A stretch of 63,718 bases of DNA, filler included, from Olpidium bornovanus S191 (GCA_017911155.1; 29 parts of 29 records of this genome joined end to end with filler, not necessarily neighbours in it); one strand, 5' to 3'; shown: positions 48,995-61,688, counted from the first letter of the whole stretch. Program-made: numbers and translations. Notes: generated by a model not told the origin, from the letters alone.

Positions 48995-50042
48995 TTAAGG
49001 TTCGCAAGACACCCACTTCGCCTCAAGGACCTCCCGATCACACCTGAGCAGGTCGCCCGTGTCGACTCCCACGAAAGCGTACTTGTCGCTGAGCGTAAAC
49101 CCCTCGTAGTCGGTGCCGTCGGTCTTGTATGTGGCCAGGCCCGCGTACTGGATTGATCCACTGCCCTCCTGGGCCAGGACTCCGTCCAGAAAAGGCTTGG
49201 CGTCAACGCTGGCTAGTATTTGCTCGGAGTCGAATAGGAAATAGAGCTTCCCGTCACAATAGTTCATGTCGGACAAGTCGTACGTCCCGACCGGGGCCTT
49301 GAACTCCGCCAGCTGGCGGATGGTCGTGCTCTTGCCGGAGTTGATGTTGACGTCGTACACGAACACCTTGGCACCCTCGTCCTGCGACCCGCAGAGAAAA
49401 TAGCCTACCCCGTTCGGTGCTTCTGCATCCGGAACAAACGTCAGGGATTCCATGCCGGTGGATTCGCTCGCGGGAAAACCCTTCGGAATCTGATTTTTTT
49501 TTTTGGCGCGTTTTTGAGCCAGCAAAGCCCCGGCAAAAGAATAAGCAAATTCTGGCGAGCCCCGCGGATAAGGGATGGATGGGGGGGGGGCCCGTTTCCG
49601 AGATTTTTCGTTTTTTTTTTTGCGCAAAATTTTGAACCTTGAACGTCCTCTCTTTCTTCTTGGTTTTGGTGTTGATTTCCAAAATCACTGGGCGCATGGA
49701 GTTGCTCGCATCAGACTCGACTCCGACGTAAACGTAACCCTTCCTTGAGGGCACCGCGGTGACCGACTCGACGTCGGCGCCGTCGAGATCGTACTGGTCC
49801 AGGTATTTGCCGTTCTCGTCAACGGCGTACAGCGTGCCCTCGTCGTGAACAACGTAAAGACGGTCGTCGAACCAGACTAGACCGGACGGTTCGCAATCGT
49901 TTGGCAATCCTTTCTTAAAGATTGATTGCCACTTTGGTGCTCCTTTTTTCCTTCGGCTCCAGCCGGTGGCCACGGCAAAAATCAGGATCAGGACGACCAG
50001 GGACGACAGGGAGCGCCGGGTTGATACGCGACAAAGAGACAT
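48995..50042 (-). CDS. Secreted or membrane-anchored SdiA-regulated (YjiK-like) beta-propeller protein, 2 exons
   Basis: Exon 50042-49638 and exon 49489-48995 join in phase 0. Hydrophobic N-terminus; EPSGLVW...LYVVHDEG, GADVESVT, VYVGVE, GMESLTFVPD, YDLSDM and YEGFTL are repeated blade motifs. Confidence 0.75.
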
Positions 50043-51008
50043 TTTTCGAAAAGACTACCCGGACAAGGCACAGTTGTAAAGCTCGATTTCTTGCTGGATA
50101 TGGTGTTGGCGGTGAAATCTCTGCAGAATTCGAGATGCGGGCTTGGCCAGGGGAATTGGGGGGGTGTGCAATTTTTTTTTTGAAACGGCCAAATCGGCCG
50201 CAGTCGTCCGAGGCGTCGTTTTCTTAACCCTCGGAAGCTCCCTTCCTTTGTTTGTCTCAGGCCGGGAAGTGGCAGATTATCCTCTCCCCACTGGTTTTCC
50301 ACACAGCCAACGCGTGCGTTTCCTTTGTTTCGGTTGAGGTCCGACTGCGGTGGAACGGGGACTGACCTCCGGGAGACGCCCCGAGACGTCCTTGTGGTGC
50401 TGCCGACTCGCTTATCCTCCAGGCTCGCACGTGACAACGCATAACACGTCCAATGGGCGGCGAGCAAAGGGGACGAGCAAAGCGGCCGATACAAAAAGGC
50501 TTCGTCGTCTCTTTGGGTTGGGCGATCTGAGGGGCCGGGGGGGGAAGGCATCATAACCAAAACAGGGGAGGCCGAGGCACCTACGCAACGCAGAGCACGA
50601 CGCAAGCCAGCGATGAGTTTAAGAACAACGTCCCATTGCATCCGTGTGTCAATTCGCGCCACTTAAACCACGCCTTGATGATAATGCAGATGGCATAGCC
50701 GAATCAAAGGGATGCGATTGGAGTGTCGGAAACGGGAGGTTTCCAGCACGCTCAACTGGCAGGATTTGCCAACAAGATTATTTTAGAAGGATTCACTGCA
50801 AGATACACTGCAGCCGAGGGCTCTGCCAAGGGATCGCAGGGCAGGGCTCATTCGGCGCCCGGCGGCTGCCGCAAGCTCACCGGGGCGGCGTGGGCGACTT
50901 TCATAATCAACGCGGCTCTTCCGACAGGTTTTTTGGAGCGGGAGGACGGCGGACGGACGGGGGGGAAAACGGGGTGGGGAAGGGGAGCGGCGGTTGGAGG
51001 GGAAGGGG

Positions 51009-51052
<44 letters not shown>

Positions 51053-51368
51053 GGGGGGGGGGGGGTGGGGGGGGGGGGGGGGGGGGGCCCCCCCCCCCCC
51101 CCGGGGGGGGGGGGGGGGGGGGGTGCGTCAACAGGTGAATTCGCGCTTAACCATCACCAAAGCAGAACAACGGAAACCGCTTCCCGTGCTCAGCTCCTCC
51201 CTCCCACCCCCCCCCCCCCCTCCCCCCAAGCCCCCCCCCCCCCCCCCTTTCCCCTTTTCCCCCCCCCCNNNNNNNNNNNNNNNNNNNNNNNNNNNNNNNN
51301 NNNNNNNNNNNNTTAATTAATTAANNNNNNNNNNNNNNNNNNNNNNNNNNNNNNNNNNNNNNNNNNNN

Positions 51369-52736
51369 CATGATCTCGTACGCCATTGCACTTGGATTTG
51401 GGCCACCCAATAGCTCCACGGCTGTGTTAATCAGCTTAGCACGCAGCTTTCAGGGGCGCGGGTTAGCAAAACTAAAAGAAAACAAGACCAAAACATCAAA
51501 TAACCGTAATGCCCTCACATCACTCTTTTGCGATGCTTCTACAGCAGCCAACTTTTTCATCAAAAACGCCAGGAATTTTGACTGAACTTCCACAAGCTCC
51601 GAACCTTCCGAAAGCGCCATGATGTGTTCGTACGACTCGGCTAGCTGATCCAAGATGTACACACACATCGGCGAGTGAGCGCAGACGCACACGATACCTC
51701 TCCCTCCATATTGCAGGCGTCAATGGGTTTGCGCACCTTTGACCTCGCATACACCTCATTTTCCACCTTGGCTTTAAGAACTGCAAGCGGATCTGCTCCT
51801 AGCCGCTTGCGGCGTGTTTCCACTTCCCTCCGAATAGTATCGAGGTCCTCCTGGTTTTGAAATTCTGCGATCTTTCGCCAAGCCGCGAGCTCGTCCAGAA
51901 CGCCTTGTACTGAGCGTAACACGCCATAGAAAGGAGACCCGGACGTGAACGCCATCCACACTTCCACCCACTTGTAAATGAGAAAGGCCGCCGCGTCAGA
52001 CGTGCCCATTTGCCAAAAATAACGCAACGGTAATCACGAGCGACATCATACTTGATCCGGCGCCTTCGTGCGGTGGAACAGATCGGCTAATTTATTGGTA
52101 ACATCGTAAAGCTTGCGACCGTCTTTGCTGTTCGGCCTCATGCAGTCAATTCGGCGCGTCGATTTTTCTTCAACTGAATGTTTATTTCCTTTGGCGTTTC
52201 CTTACGAAGCAAGATATAATGTTTGCAGCTTCCGGTACACTTCCTCGAGTTTGTCATCCGACTTCTGCTCTTCAAACAAGTTTGCAAGGCCCTGTAGGAG
52301 TAAGGACGCCGTCAGGAAGGAGGTAGTGAATAACAGGCGACCCAAGGCGTTACACGAGGAGTTCCAGCAATGCCGGAAATGACTTCCCTCACCTGCCAGG
52401 CAAGAGGCTGGTCGCCGTTAAAGGAAATGGCAGTTCTGTATGCTTCCTCGCTTTCCTGTAACTGGCTGAGCCTTTGCGCTGCCCGCCCGACGAACACATG
52501 GCTGTGGCGTTGTGGGCCGGGGGCCATTTCGATGAAAAAGATCGAATCAGAGAACGTCGCGCCAAAGGCTTTGAACCCCTGGCTCTCCGGCACTTGGTGC
52601 TGAACGAAAAGGCGTACGCATTGTAGTTTCCGGGGTCCAGGTCGAGGACACTTTCGGCTTCGGTTTTCGCCCTCGCCCAATCCCTCGCGGCTATGGCATC
52701 CTTCGCCGCTTTCAACCGCGCCTTCGCCGCCGCCAT
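51369..52736 (-). CDS. SKI3: Superkiller complex TPR protein Ski3/TTC37, N-terminal part
   Basis: MAAAKARLKAAKDAI...DPGNYNA / VFVGRA...EEAYRTAI...QPLAWQ / GLANLFE and IRREVETRRKRLGA match fungal Ski3. Confidence 0.9.
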
Positions 52737-52982
52737 GTTGTCGCGCCCCGCCGGCTGCGCGCGCGCGCCTGACGGACCCGGCTGATGCTGCGGGTGCCGG
52801 CGTCTTTCGGACTCCGCGTTGCTTTTCCCTCTGCCAGGCTTCGAGCGCGCGGATCCGCTTTGTTGCGCGAGTCGAGAGAAAACTGTCGTCGGGGGCTACG
52901 GGCCCAGCGAGATTCCAAAGTGCGCCCGTGAGGGAAGGGAAAGGGAGCGTGTCGTTCCCTCTGCCACCTCAACCGCACCTCC

Positions 52983-53020
<38 letters not shown>

Positions 53021-53699
53021 CATTCTGTTTTCCCCTACGCGCTTGAAATCGTAAGGCGACGCCGCACGGCGGACCCAAACCGTCAACCGTCGCCTGGCTG
53101 CGTCGAATGCAATGGGCCTCGTACACTCGCAGAAAAGGGCAGTCGGTGTGTTGTCGTAGTCAGCGAAAAGGATGAATGTTCCTACGGACCCCCGAATCAG
53201 CAACATGACCGGAACAACAAGACCAGGAATGCTTCCCAGCACCAGAAAAAAAAAAAGCGTTTCGATGGAAAGAGGGACTTTCCCCGCAGCAGATCCCGAC
53301 CACTGCCCACTGCCATGGCGTTCGCATCCCGTCAAATCTCTTCTCTTACTACCTTCCCTGCTCCTGATGTGCCTCTGCTGTTTCAAGCTGAGCGCCAACT
53401 GCTGGAGCTCTCGGGCTCACCGTTTCCTACATCGATGTGGATCTGTCGGCGTGTCTGCGGAACCTGGCGTCTATGCGCTGTGGGCCCCGCGAGAGAGCGC
53501 GAGAGATTTAGCCGAATCAGAAAGCGCAGAGACCAACGCGGCATCACGTTCCCCGCTGGTGGCAGAGGGCACGGCGGCGCATATGTCGTCCGCGAAACGC
53601 GTACATTAAGGCACACTGCTCTGAAGCTGGTGGCAATTCTCGGGCGGAACGCTCGGAAGAAACCCGCCGCCGGGGGAAAAAGGCGGTGGACCGCGTCAC

Positions 53700-54660
53700 T
53701 GCCAGAAAAAAGCCCGCAATCATCATTATAATCTACGTGGACCACCTGAAAATTGCGGGCGCGGACACTGCAATGATCGCGCGCGTGTGGAAAGCGCTTA
53801 ACGCGGAATCTAACACTGAGTGGTCTCACGCGTCCTTCTCCCTTTGCATCAGGATCCAGCAACTACCCGAACAGTGACATTTCTCTCGACCTTGGCGCAT
53901 TTTTGTCTGGAGAAGGCCAATCCAAAGTCGACGCCGTTGAAACCGGATTTGCGCCTTACTGCTCGTGCAGAGAACGCGCCGGCTGCAGGCAAGACCCTCT
54001 ATTAGCCAAATCGTCGATTATTTCCTGTACCTTGCAGGATGTACCTGGCAGTACATCTCCTTTGCTGTCTCGCGCCTGCGCCGAACAGCGCGGACCCCTT
54101 GACGGCACACATGGCGCATGTCAAAAGGATTCAGTGATATTTTTGTGGAACCAGCACTTACAGTCTACGTTTTGCCTCAAGTCTCCTGGTAGCTCGACAC
54201 ACGTCTTAACTGATCACGACCAGCAAGAGCTCGAAGGCTTTGTCGACGCAGATTGGGCGGGAGACGCAGAAGATTGCAAAGCCAAACTTGCTTTGTCAAC
54301 GTTCTCACCTGCTCGGCGATTCTATCGCGGTCAATCAAGCAGAGGAGCTTGCTCTCAACAGGCGGAGTACGCTGCCCTCTCTGAGATCGCGCACGCCATA
54401 AATTTGGCTTTTTCGTCTTCTGCAAGAAGTTGGGTTCATTGGTGCCGAAATCGTGCTCAAATCTCACGGACAAAAACCGGCACAGAACAAGTTGCAAACG
54501 GGACAGAAGGCTCGGCCCGAACGAAGCATATTGACGTCTGCCGATGCTTCGCCCGTCAGGATGTGAAAGACGGGCGAGGTCCGAGTCGATTGCGTGCCGT
54601 CTGAGACGGAATACGGCAGGCGCACTGACTAAAGGCTTTTTCAAGGATCATTTCGTCACC
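53700..54660 (+). mobile_element. Degenerate Ty1/copia reverse transcriptase-RNase H remnant
   Basis: IIIYVDH (YVDD), KSTPL, LYLAGCTWQYISFAVSRL, LEGFVDADWAGD, AEYAALSE and ARTKHIDV; many frameshifts. Confidence 0.88.
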
Positions 54661-55438
54661 TGCTGCAGAAAATGGAAGGTTCTCCCGGCCGATCTTGCTA
54701 CAAGCGGAGATCTGAAAGACGTCGCAGCACGGAACTTCCTGAAAAGTCATCTTTTCTTTCTCCCTTGATCCTATCGTCCCCGCATATTTCCAATCTCTTT
54801 ACTATGTAGATCCGGTCAGTCCGAGAGGGCGACTTGGAGTGCGGACTGCTCCACGTCACTTTCCCGTAGAAACGTAACCAATACACAACGCAACCCGGGA
54901 GACGAAAGAGGAACACCCCGTCCCAAGTTTGAACCCCCCCCCCACTTTCCCGTCTCTCCTAGGACGTGGTCCGATCCAGCGTCCCTGCTGGCCGGCCGTT
55001 TCGCGTTGGCGGGAGGGGGTCCTCGGACTGTCCTCCGGGCGCTCGAAACCCCGAAGGCCTGGCCTGTCGTCCGGAACAGCGAGCGGGGCTCCTCGCAACC
55101 GGCACCCCCGCCCGGCCCCCGGCGAGAGGGAGTGGGGAAGGGAGGAGGATGGGGAGAGGGGAGAGAAGGCACGTTTCCCGGAAGAAAGCGGGAGGGGGAT
55201 TAGGGAGCAGGCGAGGAAGGGGCCCCCGCACGGCCCACGACATTTGGCCGGCGCTTTCCGCGCGCAGCTGCTCTCGGCTCGAGGCGGGCTGCGTATTCGT
55301 GTTGGCTGCTGGGAGCGCGGACGCCCCGGACACTCAACTCCCGCTTCTTTGGATCTGCTCGCCAACAGGCGCGCGCTCCGCACCCGTCGGCCGACACCGG
55401 CTCCGGGCGGGCCGCGGCCGGCGTCGCTTTCTTTTTTT

Positions 55439-55481
<43 letters not shown>

Positions 55482-55482
55482 C

Positions 55483-55534
<52 letters not shown>

Positions 55535-55644
55535 TTCTCCCCCANNNNNNNNNNNNNNNNNNNNNNNNNNNNNNNNNNNNNNNNNNNNTTAATTAATTAA
55601 NNNNNNNNNNNNNNNNNNNNNNNNNNNNNNNNNNNNNNNNNNNN

Positions 55645-55950
<306 letters not shown>

Positions 55951-56072
55951 AGTTTTGGAGCGCGGACTCCACGTGGCGTTCTGAACCGTTCGATGCGGCT
56001 TTACGAGTCGCGATAACATCAAAATGCTTCTCCTGGGGGGGAGGAGCCGGCGCAGCCCGGCTCCGCCCTCCA

Positions 56073-56460
56073 ACGGCGCAGAAAAGCAGACATATTTTAT
56101 ATATTTTTATTTCCAAAATGAAGCGCCAACGAGGGATTTTTTCTTAACGCGATCGTAAGTCCAAAATTCTGGCGTGCGACGTCGCGAAGGGGGTTCCGTG
56201 GCGCAGAAAAGCAAACTTTCTTATCTTTTTCTCTTCTCCTTTCCTCTGTTTTTCACAATGAAGGACCAACGAAGGATATTTTTTAAATTGATCGGTAGTC
56301 CAAAACTCTGGCGGGCAACGTACGCGGACCCCACGGCGCAGAAACGCAAACGATTCTTATCTTTTTTTTCTTCTCCTTCTCTTTGTTTTTCACAATGAAA
56401 TGGCCAGCGGAGGCTTTTATTTTAACTCGATCGTAAGTCTTTGTTCTGGCGGTCGCGAAG
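56073..56460. repeat. Three diverged tandem copies of a 125-135 bp unit
   Basis: Each copy has ggcgcagaaa..gca ... aatgaa ... gatcg(t/g)(a/t)agtc ... tctggcg; copies start near 56073, 56198 and 56333. Confidence 0.8.
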
Positions 56461-57971
56461 GGGGAGTGGGCGGGGAGACGGGAGGGGGAAACTGGACGGA
56501 CGGGCGGCGTCGCAATCTGGGGCGGGCGGGCGCGGGGGGAACCCACCTCTGTTGTAACTTCCCCGGTCCCCGTCCATAGCGCCTAGTCGCCGTTCCCCCC
56601 ATCCAAATAACTGATTCCCTTGTCTATGGCTATCCATTCCAGATATTTGCCTTGCCATACTTTGATTCCCCGTCCATTCCGTATACTTTTGACTCCCCGT
56701 CCATGGNNNNNNNNNNNNNNNNNNNNNNNNNNNNNNNNNNNNNNNNNNNNTTAATTAATTAANNNNNNNNNNNNNNNNNNNNNNNNNNNNNNNNNNNNNN
56801 NNNNNNCATGCCGAGCGCCCGGGTTCGAAGTTTCCGCAACTTTTCAGAGTGGAAGTCCAAATTCGCGGATGGGTTTCCAACGTGCAGGAGTGCCAGCGAG
56901 GTGTTGCTAGGGTAGATGTTTCGCTTCCCTCCTTTACGCGTTGCAAACCGCACAACAGGCCCCCCACCCCGCCCCCTCACTCATCCGAAAAAAGGAAAAC
57001 TCCCTGCTTACGCTGCCCCGAAACCATCTCACGGCGCAGGAACCCCGCGAAGCGAAGGCAGAGATGACGTCGAGCGAGAGAATGCGGCCAAGCTTTTGGT
57101 TCTATTTTGGTTCTTAATACGAAAGGTGAGTGAAGGAGGGAAGAGAAGGGGGTTCGGTACCTCTACCTGGGGGAGTCACGTGACACTCAGTCGCTTCGTA
57201 CTACAACGAGCCCTCTTGGATCGTGTGTGACAAGGCGGGCAAGGGAAAAAGACGGATAGAAAAACTCGAGACATTAAAAGGTGGAGTGACTAATAAGCGC
57301 GTAAGAAGTAGAAAAAGAAAATGTAACAAATTCAAGCAATTATGTTTTTTGGGCGGCCGCTAAAAGAATGGAGGGGGAGGTGGCAGAAAGTGGCATTGTG
57401 CTGGGGAGAAACCGGCCGGCCAGCTGCCACTTCCCCCATAGGGTGCTCTAAGCCAGGTAGAATTCAGCAGGTGGACTAATGATTATGTCCAGAGAGTTCT
57501 GATATCGCTGTCCCTAGTTTAAATTTTTTTCCCCCCCCCCCAAAAAAAAAACGAAAAGCGAGCTGCAAAATTCCCAAGTTTCCAAGAAAATGGTACTCAC
57601 ATACCACTCAATGTATACATATATATACTTATATACGTTCAGCGCACCCTTACAACTACTTTACGAAACGAATTCGCAAGCACACCACTTTCCCAAATTT
57701 AAGCGGTTATGAACCCAAAGACGCCGCGCGACCCGTGTTGCTGCCGACGTCTCACCGCACAGACGTCTCACGGCCAACGTCAGAACCCGACCGAAGCAGC
57801 AGAAAGGAGCGCTGAGCCTCCAAAGGCGCTCTCCCGCACGGCGTGCGCGAGAAACCCGCAGCCAGCACTTGGAATACTAATTTTTTTATTGCAAATGTAC
57901 CTAAATCCAGAAGCAAAGTGGGGCTATAAAAATAATAACGTATGTCACACTAGACTTCAAAACTCGTGAAA

Positions 57972-58170
57972 TGTATGGTATTCGTGAAAGCAATTGCGCG
58001 CATTTTTTCCTGTCACGAGGCATAGAGGTACATCGCAGCGCTAGCACTTCCATGATGTTGATGCCTTTGCTGTAAACTGCTCGTCTCTCAGTTGGTTTGC
58101 CTTGTAGTGACAAAGAATGCAGCTTAAGCGTGAGGTACCCTCGTAAATCAATGGGAGATGGGAGCCGGGA
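57972..58170 (-). mobile_element. piggyBac-type transposase C-terminal cysteine-rich domain, pseudogenised
   Basis: HLPLIYEGTSRLSCILCHY...STSWKC*RCDVPLCLVTGKNARNCFHEYH shows the H-P...CxxC...CxxCxVxLC...CFxxYH pattern with one in-frame stop. Confidence 0.72.
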
Positions 58171-58270
58171 NNNNNNNNNNNNNNNNNNNNNNNNNNNNNN
58201 NNNNNNNNNNNNNNTTAATTAATTAANNNNNNNNNNNNNNNNNNNNNNNNNNNNNNNNNNNNNNNNNNNN

Positions 58271-58635
58271 ATGGTAGTACTGCGGTCCCAGACCTCACCA
58301 GTCTCAGCATAAAAAACAGAGGCTTCGGCATTGTACTTAGCAGAGTGGGCAGTTCCAGGAATTGCAGGAGGCTCTTCAGTGGTACGAACCGCGCTAGGCT
58401 CCGGCTCCGGTCTAGCAGCAGGGGGGATAATCTGTGGCGTAGTCAGAGACGCCTCCTCCTGAGCCGGTTGGTGCCTCGCTGCCGCGGCAGTGTGCACCGC
58501 AGCCGCGGCTGCTGCATTCGCCGCCATCTCCGCTCGAGTCCTACGCTTTCGAGGTTGGAGATCTGGGCCGCGGACTCGCTTTGCCGCAGCGATTGGTGTA
58601 GCGGTTGGGCTGGAATGGACAGCGCTGGCGGGCAT
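58271..58635 (-). CDS. Hypothetical protein N-terminus with a basic RGPDLQPRKRRTR motif
   Basis: ORF runs into a spacer; possibly transposon-derived. Confidence 0.3.
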
Positions 58636-60045
58636 AAGTGGGCTTGTCGGGGCCGCTGGTTATGGTATCGGTTTGATCAACTGGTGCTGATAACGTGTTA
58701 CGGAAAAAGGGGGGGGGGTCTCTCTCTTTCGTCTTCCTTTCTCTCTTGTTGGTTGTTGCGCCCGTTTATTGTGTTTGTGTTGTGTGTAGGGAGACGGAGA
58801 GACAGACCGACGGGGAGAAGGAAGGAAGGCTGTCTATGTAAGGCTTGAACATTCAGGGGTTCTGGAAACACGTTACGGCTTGTATACCAACATCTCTCCG
58901 TTTCTATTCCGTTGTTTGCGTTTGACGGCAGGAGGAAGAGCTCCAGGGGGAGCTCCCCTCCCGGTCTTGGAATCTTTGATCACGTGACCCATAGAGCGCA
59001 TCATACGGTTCACAACAGTTATATTAAAGATGGATGGCAGATGGCTGAGGCTTAGTCTGGGACCAAGGCAGAAGACGGCCAGGGAAGGGCAGATAAGCAC
59101 AGCCAGCAACCGTCTTTCCCTCGCCCGCCTTCTGCTCCATAGAGGAACAGGAACCAAAGCCTGTTGATTAAGTCAATCAGGGCCTTCGACACGATGTTGT
59201 CCATGACAAACTGCAAGTGGTTGTCCAGGAGGAATATTAGAGGGCCCCAGCCAAGGGAAATGCGTTTTTCATAAAAGTGAAGCCATTTAGGGTGACGTCG
59301 ATGTTGCCCTTAAAGTTCGCATACCTGATGGAAGCCATCTTTCGATGATATAAAGGTTGTTACGCTGGCGCTGCCCCGAAGCAGATGGCAGGCGACGGAG
59401 GCAGAGGGCAAAAGATGGATGGCAGATGGCTGAAGCTGAGGCAGAGCTCAAAGGACGGCCAGAGAGGGAAGGTTTGGCAAAGCCAGCAATACCGGAAGCG
59501 ACGCCCGTGCAGGCGACATCCAGACCCGGCCTGCAGAACCGTCCAGCGGACTTCGAACTGCAGTCCAAAAATGATTAACTCACCCCGGCCGTTTCAGCTC
59601 GATGCTTTGAAGTCATATTCGACGAGACATTAGGCTTTTGGGTTAGAGACTGGTTTCTGACGCCTTTGCGACCGTGACAACCGCGAGAACGGGCACTCCG
59701 CACGCTCCCTGGGCCAGAGGAACCTGCCGAGGGAGGGTAGTTTCGTTGGGCGGCCTGGAAGGGACATTTGAAGCGGACACGCGGCCTTCGACACGCGGTG
59801 GTACCTCGCGGCCTTTCCCGGACCACGGCTCGCAACTCTTCGTAAACCAGCCCATGGGTAAATATATTACCATATTACACGTTATCAGTATCTGCTAAAA
59901 TAATTTTTGCTGTAAATAGGTATTGCTCAAATATAAGAAACTAAATGTCTCAGCTGCCCGTCTGCTTCTGCCGAATTCTGTCATTTGCGCTGTATTGCTC
60001 AACACCGGGTTCTCTTTTTTCCTCGTCGAGGTTTATGTTGCTCCT

Positions 60046-60086
<41 letters not shown>

Positions 60087-60590
60087 AAGCGTCGTCAAAC
60101 GCCTCCACGTGGCCGGCTCTGGCAGAACCGGCAGAGTTTGACATGTTTGTCCTGCGTGCAGTCACGAAGAACCGTACGCAAACTATCTGTGTATATATAT
60201 GTACATATACCTTCATAAATTCCGCCTTTCACACGGTTGTTGACCATCACACGCACCCGTGTACTTTAAGTTTTGTGAACGAAGAAAGAGAAATAGTTGA
60301 TTGTTGCCGTCCGGCGAAACGCGGCAAAAAAAGTTATGTCTATATATGTATATACGTAAGTATATCCGCACACAACCTTGTAGCCAATTCTAAGTTTTCG
60401 GGGGATAGTATTTAGTTATTAGGAGGAGGAAGGGCTTTTGACCCACTCTATGACCCAGGCGGCTGAATATCTGAGTCGGGGCGAGGGTGTGGAGAGAAGA
60501 AGAGATGCAGAAAGGCGGCGGGCGGGAAGCGGAGCTTGTTTCCGCCAAAAGCCCGGGAAATATCATGAACGGGACCTTTTTCAGAATGAA

Positions 60591-61052
60591 TCACGGGTCG
60601 GTGGTTTCGTCGGGTTCTTTGAACGCGCAGACGCGGGCCTTGACCTCGTTGTACGTGGCCGAGCCCAGCTCGCCCGGGCAGTAGTCGCGGACCGCTTTCT
60701 CGAGCGCGCCGACGCAGCCTTCGTCGAACGACACGTCGCAAAGATCCAGGCGTGCCACTCTCGCGATGGGAAGGCCTTTGCGTGAGGTCCGGGGGGGAGG
60801 TTCGAGGGAAAGTGAGAAACGCGCGCGAAACTCACCACTGCGAGACGGAACTCGCAACCCGAAATCGCGTTCCTCCCGAAGTCCGGTCTCCGCTCTCTGC
60901 TTCCCCTTTCCCCCCCCGCCCTCTGGCAAACACTCACTGCAAAGAAGATAGGCCGCCTCTGACCCTATCTGCCGTCCATCGTCCCGGCACCTGATACTGC
61001 ATTTCTTCTGGAACGCGTCGACGGCTTCGCGGAACCCCTCGTACACGCCCAA
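60591..61052 (-). CDS. Hypothetical protein, terminal exons
   Basis: Exon 61052-60991 (LGVYEGFREAVDAFQKKCSI) and last exon 60775-60591 (LPIARVARLDLCDVSFDEGCVGALEKAVRDY...); polypyrimidine acceptors. Confidence 0.55.
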   Translation of the reverse strand: MGVYEGFREAVDAFQKKCSIRCRDDGRQIGSEAAYLLCSECLPEGGGGKGKQRAETGLREERDFGLRVPSRSGEFRARFSLSLEPPPRTSRKGLPIARVARLDLCDVSFDEGCVGALEKAVRDYCPGELGSATYNEVKARVCAFKEPDETTDP

Positions 61053-61306
61053 CTGGCGGCAGTATAGAGAAGGAGACAGGTCGACAGTGGTCTTTCCGAT
61101 CGCGGCATGNNNNNNNNNNNNNNNNNNNNNNNNNNNNNNNNNNNNNNNNNNNNTTAATTAATTAANNNNNNNNNNNNNNNNNNNNNNNNNNNNNNNNNNN
61201 NNNNNNNNNGCCGCCGCCGCCGCCGCCGCCGCAACCAAAAGGCGCACGCCAACTCGGCGCGGACGCGAGACCTGCCAAGAACCCTCCCGGCGTAACGAGA
61301 AACCCG

Positions 61307-61688
61307 ATGTGCTGCGACAACGGCGGCATGTTCCTGTTCTTCCTGTGCGGCACGCGCCCGTGGGTCAAGGAGCTGTCCACGAAGGGGGCAAAAGGCGCCA
61401 AGTTTCGCCTAAATTGCCCCGTCTGGTAAGGGAAAAAAAGAAAAAAAAACTAAAATAATAATCATGCTTTTCGCTTGCCGTGCGACCTGGGTCGAAAAAG
61501 GGTTCTCCGCGAGCTCGGCGGCTGACTTTGTCGACTTTTGGGCAAGCAAATCGGTGTCCACTGTTCGACACGTCCGGATCGACGAGGTCGCCCATTTGTT
61601 TTTTGTGCCGCTCCCTTTTCTCCGAGTCAGAAAAGGCTTTGAAACTTGGCAGTGCAGAAAATGCGGCTGGCAAGGGTGGGCACAGTGA
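61307..61688 (+). CDS. Small zinc-ribbon protein (zinc_ribbon_15-like), 2 exons, apparently complete
   Basis: Exon 61307-61425 plus 61547-61688 (GTAAGG donor, CTGAC branch site) give ...LFFLCG...CPVCKSV...AHLFFVPLPF...WQCRKCGW; two CxxC pairs. Confidence 0.78.

Noticed and set aside
57972-58635. piggyBac CRD and the neighbouring basic ORF as one element
   Set aside because: They lie on different contigs separated by an artificial spacer.
61053-61109. AIGKTT as a P-loop kinase motif
   Set aside because: It lies in sequence that ends in a polypyrimidine tract and CAG acceptor, so it is most likely intronic.
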